A DNA stretch of 64,000 nt from contig JAMPDR010000002.1 of NCBI GenBank assembly GCA_023665555.1, positions 2,837 to 66,836 on the forward strand. Direction: 5' to 3'. Below the pieces are notes generated by a model. It ran no database searches, was not told the DNA's origin, and saw nothing but the letters and a program-made list of their open reading frames with translations. The position numbers and the translations under genes were made by a program. Below, in pieces: positions 57,656 to 64,000 of this stretch. Within the stretch, counting starts at the first letter, position 1, and the number at the start of each line of letters is the position of its first letter. The DNA is from Ruminococcus sp. Its GTDB lineage: Bacteria > Bacillota > Clostridia > Oscillospirales > Acutalibacteraceae.

Positions 57656-57802
57656 ATGGCAGCTATTATTAAAGGCATTTCAGATTTCGTTATGAGTTGT
57701 GTTAGATTCATTCAGGATCTCGTAAAGAAGATTCGTAACGGTGACATCTTCGGCGGTGACGAAAGCACAACAGCAGCAGACGCATCAGATGTTGTTGCAT
57801 AA
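57656..57802 (+). CDS. Leaderless 48-aa amphipathic peptide (PSM/bacteriocin-like candidate)
   Basis: AAAGGAGTG ribosome-binding site. MAAIIKGISDFVMSCVRFIQDLVKKIRNGDIFGGDESTTAADASDVVA. Immediately followed by a strong terminator. Confidence 0.5.
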   Translation: MAAIIKGISDFVMSCVRFIQDLVKKIRNGDIFGGDESTTAADASDVVA

Positions 57803-57823
57803 TTAGTTTTTTACAAACATTTA

Positions 57824-57854
57824 GCAGCCGTGGGTAACTACGGCTGCTATTTTT
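57824..57854 (+). terminator. Rho-independent terminator
   Basis: GCAGCCGTGG-GTAA-CTACGGCTGC followed by TATTTTTT. Confidence 0.75.
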
Positions 57855-57892
57855 TATAATGTAATGGTATTAAATAGATGATCAGTACATAC

Positions 57893-58783
57893 TCATATTT
57901 TTTCCTGTCCGTCTATATGCGGAAAGCACATTGTGATATTCAACCCTTTTCCGCTGTTGGAGGCAGTGATGGTTCCGTGATGTTTTTCTGTGATTGCCTT
58001 TGTGATAGATAATCCGATGCCGACGCTGTCTTTGGCAGAATTCTTAGTTCTGTGGAAGCGTGAAAACAGCTTTGGTATCTCGCTTTCGGGAACACCGCCT
58101 CCATTATCCTTGATAACGATTATCAAAAAATTGTTGCTGTTATCAATTTCAACAGTAATTTCGCCGTCTTCGGAGGTATGCTCGCTTGCGTTCTTAATAA
58201 CATTGCCGATTGCTTCACCGAGCCATGAACGGTCACAGCGCATTTCTCCGCTACCCGAAACAGTGTAGTTTTTCTTCGGAAAATTCGGGCGCATTGAAGA
58301 TATACATTCTGTGACAATTGAACTGACTTCATGCATTTGAAAGTTCATTGTATAACTGTCTGACTTGATTTTTTGAAGTTTGAGCAATTTGTGAATCAGC
58401 TTTTCCATTTTGCTTATTAACATAAGTTCTTTTTCAACATGTTCGCTTGGATTTTCACTTTGTTCAAGTTCGCAATAAAGCCGAAGTCCTGCAAGCGGAG
58501 TTTTAAGTTGATGCGAGATATCCGCAATGAAGTCGGTGTTTTCTCTGTCCTTTTCGGCTGAGTTGCTTTTTTCAATGAGCACTTTGTTTTCAAGTTCAAC
58601 AATATTGTTGTGCAAAATTGAAAAAGATCCCTCTTTCGCGCTGTACGGTGTAGACTTTCCTGTTTTTATGAAGGCTTCGATATCTTTTGAAAGTATATTT
58701 ATGCGTTTTTTTGTAGCAAAACAATAAGCAAGACTGATTATCAATATGAGAGATAAAACTGCTATAATTATATATAAAATCAT
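57893..58783 (-). CDS. Sensor histidine kinase (single TM, minimal sensor)
   Basis: H-box HQLKTPLAGL. N, G1 and G2 boxes (NASEHT, DNGGGV, GIGLSI). Confidence 0.85.
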   Translation of the reverse strand: MILYIIIAVLSLILIISLAYCFATKKRINILSKDIEAFIKTGKSTPYSAKEGSFSILHNNIVELENKVLIEKSNSAEKDRENTDFIADISHQLKTPLAGLRLYCELEQSENPSEHVEKELMLISKMEKLIHKLLKLQKIKSDSYTMNFQMHEVSSIVTECISSMRPNFPKKNYTVSGSGEMRCDRSWLGEAIGNVIKNASEHTSEDGEITVEIDNSNNFLIIVIKDNGGGVPESEIPKLFSRFHRTKNSAKDSVGIGLSITKAITEKHHGTITASNSGKGLNITMCFPHIDGQEKI

Positions 58784-58793
58784 CTTGTTTCCC

Positions 58794-59459
58794 TTAACTT
58801 TCCCAGCGGTAACCGATGCCGCGAACCGTAAGTATGTGCTCGCCGCCGATTTTTTCTCTCAATCTGCTGATATGCACGCTGAGAGTGTTGCTGTCGATAA
58901 ATGAGCCGTCATTATCCCATATGCTTTCAAGCAGAGTGTTTCTCCTGACTATAACACCGCCGTTTTTCACAAGTGCCGCAAGTAGCTGAAATTCAGTGGG
59001 TGTAACAAAAATATTTTTATCGTTTTTTCTGACAGTCATTGTACCGAAGTCGATTGATATGTCGCCATATTGAAAAACATTAAGGGCGGTTCTTCTCAAA
59101 AGGGCGCGCACCCTTGAAAGCAGTTCCTGAAGTTTGAACGGTTTTGTAACATAATCGTCACCGCCGCAGTCAAGTCCGCGAACAACCTGAATTTCGTCAT
59201 CGCAGGCGGTCAAAAACAAAACAGGTATATTGTTTCCGCTGCTTCTGACTTTCGCGCAAAAATCGAAACCTGTTCCGTCGGGTAGCATAACATCAAGAAT
59301 TACAAGAGCAAAACCGCCTTGGCATAGCTTTTCGTCTGCCGCTTTGCAGCAAGTCACGCTTTCAACATCATAATCTGCTTTATGCAAAATCTCACACAGT
59401 CCGTCATTGAGAAATTCATCATCTTCAACAACCAAAATTTTTGCGTTCATGTTATTCAC
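58794..59459 (-). CDS. OmpR-family response regulator
   Basis: Receiver domain ILVVEDD...LILDVMLPDGTGFDF. Winged-helix C-terminus. Confidence 0.85.
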   Translation of the reverse strand: MNNMNAKILVVEDDEFLNDGLCEILHKADYDVESVTCCKAADEKLCQGGFALVILDVMLPDGTGFDFCAKVRSSGNNIPVLFLTACDDEIQVVRGLDCGGDDYVTKPFKLQELLSRVRALLRRTALNVFQYGDISIDFGTMTVRKNDKNIFVTPTEFQLLAALVKNGGVIVRRNTLLESIWDNDGSFIDSNTLSVHISRLREKIGGEHILTVRGIGYRWES

Positions 59460-60891
59460 TCACCTTTTGCTCTGATGTGGCACGCTGTTGAAGTTCTTCA
59501 ATCATTTTTTTGTGGTCCTTTTCTTTGAGGTCATAGAAGAACATTGGGATAATGCTTAGCAGACCGCTTATTATTGTTGATATAATCAAAACATTAAAAA
59601 TCGGTGTTCTGATTGAGGCATCAAACAAAACACTGTAGTCTGACTTGAGTCCGTAATGCTCATAAAAGAACGGCAGAATCAACCCGGTCGCTAAACCGGT
59701 TGCCGCGGTAAGCATTGCTCCGAACTGAGTTATAAATCCTTCAAGTCTTGTTCCTGTTTTCCACTGCTGATAGTCAAAAATTTCAGCGGTCATTGAAGAT
59801 GTGAGAACGGTGTCGCCGCCGAGCATCAGCGTTGCAAGATATAAGAACACGAGGAACATGACTTTTGAATCGATCGTCATAATCATGCCGACACAGAAGA
59901 GGATTCTCAGAATGTTTGTTACTATAATGATATTCTTTTTGCTGATTTTCTTCGCCAAAAGCGGTGCAAGCAGCATAAGCGGAACAGAGGCCGTTCCAAT
60001 AATTGTGTTCATAATGCCGAGCATGGTGTCGCTTTTTAACTGATAAACACAGTACCAACCGAGAATCAGACCAATACCATATTTCATACTGCCGCAAACG
60101 GCATATAAATTAATCAGCCAAAAGTATTTGTTTTTGGCAACCTGTTTGATGCCATCTGAAAATTTTACTTTTGCGACGTAATCTTTAGGAACAACAATTT
60201 TTTCTTCGGTATACTTGAAAGTGATAATGCTAAGAGCGATACCTATAATCGAAAAAATAGGGAACAGGATTCTGTAGCTTGTGAAGCTTGTCATACCGCC
60301 GATAAGTGAGGAAAGAATCGGAAGAAGCATGTTGACGATTGATGGACCCAGACTGTAAATAAACATGCTGACAGACAGCAGGCCTGTTCTCTCTTCACTG
60401 TTTGGAGTGAGTACCTGAGCAAGATTGGTGTAGCATTTAGCATACAGGTCTTGAAAAATCATTAAGAAGGCATATACAACACCGATAACTGCTACTTTTG
60501 CCCAATAATTTATACTGTTCGGAATAAATGCCATAAGACAGATTAAAAGCGCGGTGGGAATACCGGTTATCAGCAAATACGGACGAAATTTTCCGTATTT
60601 CGAGTTTGTATTATCGATGAGCATGCTGATGAACGGAGTTTTAATAAGGTTCAGCACACCCATAATCATTCCCAAATATGCTAAATGAGTCGGTTGAATA
60701 CCGTAAGCAGAGCCTATAAGCAGACAGTTTGCCGTCAATCCGACGTAACCGAAAAGTGAATTTATCGTGTTGACACCGATTCCGCCGAAACTGTAAGCAG
60801 CAAATTCTTTGTATGGAATATACTTGCCGTCAGACGGCGTATTCCAATGACTTTTGATTTCACCGGGCAAATTTTTGATTTTTTCAAGCAT
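59452..60891 (-). CDS. GPH-family glycoside/cation symporter (MFS superfamily)
   Basis: 12 TM segments. NTNSKYGKFRPYLL motif, typical of GPH symporters. Overlaps the response-regulator start. Confidence 0.75.
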   Translation of the reverse strand: MLEKIKNLPGEIKSHWNTPSDGKYIPYKEFAAYSFGGIGVNTINSLFGYVGLTANCLLIGSAYGIQPTHLAYLGMIMGVLNLIKTPFISMLIDNTNSKYGKFRPYLLITGIPTALLICLMAFIPNSINYWAKVAVIGVVYAFLMIFQDLYAKCYTNLAQVLTPNSEERTGLLSVSMFIYSLGPSIVNMLLPILSSLIGGMTSFTSYRILFPIFSIIGIALSIITFKYTEEKIVVPKDYVAKVKFSDGIKQVAKNKYFWLINLYAVCGSMKYGIGLILGWYCVYQLKSDTMLGIMNTIIGTASVPLMLLAPLLAKKISKKNIIIVTNILRILFCVGMIMTIDSKVMFLVFLYLATLMLGGDTVLTSSMTAEIFDYQQWKTGTRLEGFITQFGAMLTAATGLATGLILPFFYEHYGLKSDYSVLFDASIRTPIFNVLIISTIISGLLSIIPMFFYDLKEKDHKKMIEELQQRATSEQKVSE

Positions 60892-61060
60892 GGTGACTTC
60901 TCCTTCTCGTATTTTCTTTTGTGTTGATTATAGCAGATGTATGAAGCAAAAGCAAGAAATAAACGAGCTAATGCATTGCAGTAAAAATCACTTCTGCTTG
61001 TCGCTCAGAAGTGATTTTGATTTCTTATTCGCTTTTCGACGATTCACTGGCATGAATTCA

Positions 61061-62314
61061 TTATCCGTGCCATGCGTTGCCGAGTGCCTTTATAAAAGCA
61101 GATTCTTTCATTCCAATCGGTTCAATGATGTTTATATTCATATCTTTTGCTCTTTGTCTGAGATATTTCGCGGCATCATTAAATCCGAGAGCAGAGGCAA
61201 CCAAAATCTTTTTTGCATACTTTCCGCCGAATCTGTTGGCAACAGTGTTGAGTTTATAGAGTTCCTCCATTTTGATTTCCCCATTTTTACATGAAACAAA
61301 AACAGGAACCAGATTGTGCATCATCATTACGTCGATCTCATTTTCGGTATCATAGCCGCCATCATCGGTGTGGATTTCCCCGTCCCAATCAATATAAACG
61401 CCTGTCATAACATCGCTGTACACAGCATTGCCGTTTTTATCCGTTGCAGCCAACGCTCGAAGGTATACGATTAATTCAAGAACCTGCCCTGCTTTTGTCA
61501 GACATTTTTTCACTTGCGGATTTTTATATTCTATAGACAATGTTGTTTCATTTTCGTTAACATATGCCAATCCGTATTTTGCAAGCTGATTGATAATGTT
61601 GTGAATATACACATATGGCTTCTTTTCTTTGAGATTTTTCAAGTTCTCTTTCAATTCTTTCAGAGGTGCAACTGTAGTCAGGTCGTTGTCATCACAGCAA
61701 TATGCTTCTGCAACTTCAAAAACGTTTATTTGGGTGTTCCATGCTCCGGGATTTGTTCCGCTGCAAATGATTTCCCACATGGTTTCGACATCTCGCTTGA
61801 AACTATCCGTTAATATCCAACCATATGTTCCGTTTTCTTTTGTATCCTCAAAAACAACATCACCGCCGAAAGCTTTTATATTTTCAACAACGCTGAGATT
61901 CATCTCAGGTGAGGACAATATTTTATTTCCGTCCCCATCGCAGTCCAGCAGTGTATTGTTGCCGATGTTGAATCTGTGCATTTGTATGTTTTTTTCGGGA
62001 TATTTTTCAAAAACGATTCCCATTGCAACAAGGCATAAGTCTTCACCTCCGGTTAAATCAAAGCAACATTCGCTTTCAGTTTCAACAATTTTGCTTAATA
62101 CCGAAACCAAGTCCGACAGACTGTTTTTGTTGACCAACATAGGAATGAAATCAATCTCCGCACCCTTGCCCAAGAAAAGATTATGATAGCGCTCTGCATG
62201 GACATTCAGCTGTTTTCCGTTGTTCCCCAACAGATAAACCTTGTCAGGAGATGCCGCAATAGACGAGCATATGTTTTCAATCGCATCGTTGTCAAAAAAT
62301 TCAATATAAACCAT
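61061..62314 (-). CDS. Hypothetical protein, possibly a CARF-like Rossmann domain plus a PD-(D/E)xK-like nuclease (DUF1887/Card1-like, tentative)
   Basis: 417 aa. N-terminal DLTGGEDLCLVAMG loop resembles the CARF ligand loop. C-terminal D...ENEIDVMMMH...VFVSCKNG resembles a restriction-endonuclease-fold motif. Confidence 0.3.
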   Translation of the reverse strand: MVYIEFFDNDAIENICSSIAASPDKVYLLGNNGKQLNVHAERYHNLFLGKGAEIDFIPMLVNKNSLSDLVSVLSKIVETESECCFDLTGGEDLCLVAMGIVFEKYPEKNIQMHRFNIGNNTLLDCDGDGNKILSSPEMNLSVVENIKAFGGDVVFEDTKENGTYGWILTDSFKRDVETMWEIICSGTNPGAWNTQINVFEVAEAYCCDDNDLTTVAPLKELKENLKNLKEKKPYVYIHNIINQLAKYGLAYVNENETTLSIEYKNPQVKKCLTKAGQVLELIVYLRALAATDKNGNAVYSDVMTGVYIDWDGEIHTDDGGYDTENEIDVMMMHNLVPVFVSCKNGEIKMEELYKLNTVANRFGGKYAKKILVASALGFNDAAKYLRQRAKDMNINIIEPIGMKESAFIKALGNAWHG

Positions 62315-62654
62315 TTAACAGACCTTCCTTTTGTATACTTCGTATTTTATCCTAAGACGTTGTAATGTGAATTTATTATAATATGAGAAATTGGTTTTGT
62401 CTATATATTTTTTCAGAACTTACAAAAGGTTTTCGGATTATTATGATGCGGGTAAGGTTGTGCTTTATTTATAGAAAGAATCCGCAGAGGGGCTTACGCT
62501 GTTCGCGGCTAAATTATGCTTCGCATAGCTAAATTGCTTATGTAGCTAAATTTGACTGTGTCAAGCGAAATTGCTCACTGCGTTCGCAGCTGTTTTGTCG
62601 ACATACCGTGAATCAAACCAAACGGTTAAATCTATTTTAAAATATAGAACTAAC

Positions 62655-62835
62655 TTGTAGGGACGCCGCTTGCGGCGTCCGCAAAACCTGCTGATTGCAC
62701 ACATTTTAAATTAAACGTATAACTCGTAGGGACGTCCCCGCGTGGACGTCCTGAACAACGACCAATAAAGCACATTTAATAATGTAGATATACACAATTT
62801 TTTAATCCGTCAGCGGACGCAGCAAGCGGCGTCCC
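62655..62835. repeat. Cluster of three REP-like palindromic elements in mixed orientation
   Basis: CTTGTAGGGACGCCGCTTGCGGCGTCCGC (+). CTCGTAGGGACGTCCCCGCGTGGACGTCCTGAAC (+). GCGGACGCAGCAAGCGGCGTCCCTACAGCG (reverse orientation of copy 1). Confidence 0.6.
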
Positions 62836-63089
62836 TACAGCGTAATCTATATTTTCTAATTTGAATTTAGCTTTATTCTGATGGCAAGATTGCGCGGACA
62901 CAATGCGCGCCCCTACTATCCCACACCCCGCACAATTATTCCACTTCATACAAATTTAACAAATTCAAACTTTAATTTTTGGCTACTATTCCAAATTGAA
63001 TGTGGGGGTTGATTATGATAGAATAAGTATGTATAAAATAATAGTTTAGTGTGCCTTTTTTCGGTGCGCTGAACAAGGAGGATTTTTTC

Positions 63090-64000
63090 ATGAAAGCTAA
63101 AAAACACATGAGCAAAAAGCTTTTGGCGCTGCTTTTGTCGTTGCTTATGCTTGTGACTGCCGTTCCTTTGGCGGTTATTCCTGCATCGGCTACGGTGACA
63201 ACTGCGAACGTTGATTTCTATTCAACAGTAACGCAAAGCAGTGGTAATCGCAGCGGTGATAACTATGTTCAGGTTACCAGCGACGGCGCAGCAGGAAATA
63301 CAACGCTCGGCGTTTTGAGATTCAATATTTCATCTTGGCCGGAAACGGTTGTTTCGGCAACTTTGAATTTGAATTGCTCACATGCACCGTCTGTTAACAA
63401 CAGCGCGGTTACTGAAATTTATTCGGCAACAGATCACCTCAATATGCCGACCGGTTCTCCCAGCGCAACCGGCATTTTCGGTGACTGCTTTGATAGTGCA
63501 TACGGAGCAAACAATGCAAATCATTTGGTTAAAACTAAGGCATATTTCGGCCTTGGTGAGCCGATTGCTTCAAAGTTAAACAAAGATCTGCCTGATGCCG
63601 TAAACGACGGCAACAAACAGTACGGCAACTGGGAAGTTGATGTAACTGATGCACTGAATGCAGCAAAAGCAGCAGGACAAAGTGTTCTTCAGCTTATCAT
63701 CACACATCCGACTTCATATGACACTACCGGCAATATTTGGTCAGACGTTAATATCAGACCGAACAACACAACTCTTGTTTACGACGACGGTATAATTCCG
63801 TCAGCTGCCGAAGTTCAATCTGTGAATGCAAATTCACTCAACGGCATCACTGATAAGAGTTTCAGCACAGCTGTTACAACAATTCACGGTAACTTCGCTA
63901 ACGATAGTACATATACCAGCGCAGCTAACTATGCAGAAATTTATAAAAACGTTCTTTATTCATCACCGTCACCTGTGTCTGTTTCAGGTTCTGACGTTGA
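63090..64000 (+). CDS. Secreted protein (signal peptide), 3' end outside window
   Basis: AAGGAGGA ribosome-binding site. MKAKKHMSKKLLALLLSLLMLVTAVPLAVIPASA signal peptide. Open frame to the window end. Confidence 0.7.
   Translation, partial: MKAKKHMSKKLLALLLSLLMLVTAVPLAVIPASATVTTANVDFYSTVTQSSGNRSGDNYVQVTSDGAAGNTTLGVLRFNISSWPETVVSATLNLNCSHAPSVNNSAVTEIYSATDHLNMPTGSPSATGIFGDCFDSAYGANNANHLVKTKAYFGLGEPIASKLNKDLPDAVNDGNKQYGNWEVDVTDALNAAKAAGQSVLQLIITHPTSYDTTGNIWSDVNIRPNNTTLVYDDGIIPSAAEVQSVNANSLNGITDKSFSTAVTTIHGNFANDSTYTSAANYAEIYKNVLYSSPSPVSVSGSDV

Noticed and set aside
62640-62840. Possible CRISPR array, suggested by repeated GTAGGGACG... palindromes
   Set aside because: Only three copies, with irregular spacing and one in inverted orientation. 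The spacers are partly similar. No cas genes are nearby. The pattern fits REP-like elements better.

Overview
This 64-kb window comes from a low-GC Firmicutes-like chromosome, probably a Clostridia-type anaerobe. The evidence is AGGAGG-type ribosome-binding sites, tRNAs with encoded CCA, a single-chain glyQS, and the codon usage. A single giant open reading frame (nt 2..25084, at least 8344 codons) fills the first 25 kb. Its 5' end runs off the window. It encodes an acidic, Leu/Ile-rich protein built from about 15 tandem paralogous modules of 450-700 aa. Each module has a DAKTWKDV-like motif, a YTY/EYYS beta-rich segment, a G(N)GYNYAIIPLLEAFG-like motif and a YFI(A/G)NDG helical segment. The last 12 kb is organised as four roughly 3-kb A+B super-repeats. 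The protein ends in a unique Cys-containing cap and an F/K amphipathic C-terminal helix. I could not assign it to any known family by eye, and it is the prime candidate for something undescribed. Convergent to it, sharing a bidirectional terminator, is a cytoplasmic TIR-domain protein fused through a tandemly duplicated K/E-rich linker to a BspA-type leucine-rich-repeat array. This is an NLR-like sensor/effector architecture without an NTPase domain. The rest of the window holds ordinary metabolic genes: MFS and GPH transporters, alkaline phosphatase, an SDR, an OYE/FAD oxidoreductase, glyQS, mtnN, a PHP phosphoesterase, a divergent EF-G paralogue, GH2 and a large secreted glycosidase, DUF1810, a DUF3048 lipoprotein, and a two-component system. 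An accessory island lies between tRNA-Leu(GAG) and tRNA-Pro(UGG) at about 36.2-43.2 kb. It carries a C-protein-controlled restriction-modification operon with two C5-cytosine methyltransferases flanking a candidate endonuclease, a truncated vsr, decayed large serine recombinase fragments, and two paralogous genes sharing about 400-bp imperfect direct repeats. A tRNA-Arg(ACG), a family of REP-like palindromic elements, a leaderless 48-aa amphipathic peptide gene and a possible CARF/PD-(D/E)xK-like protein were also seen. There is no CRISPR array and no rRNA.
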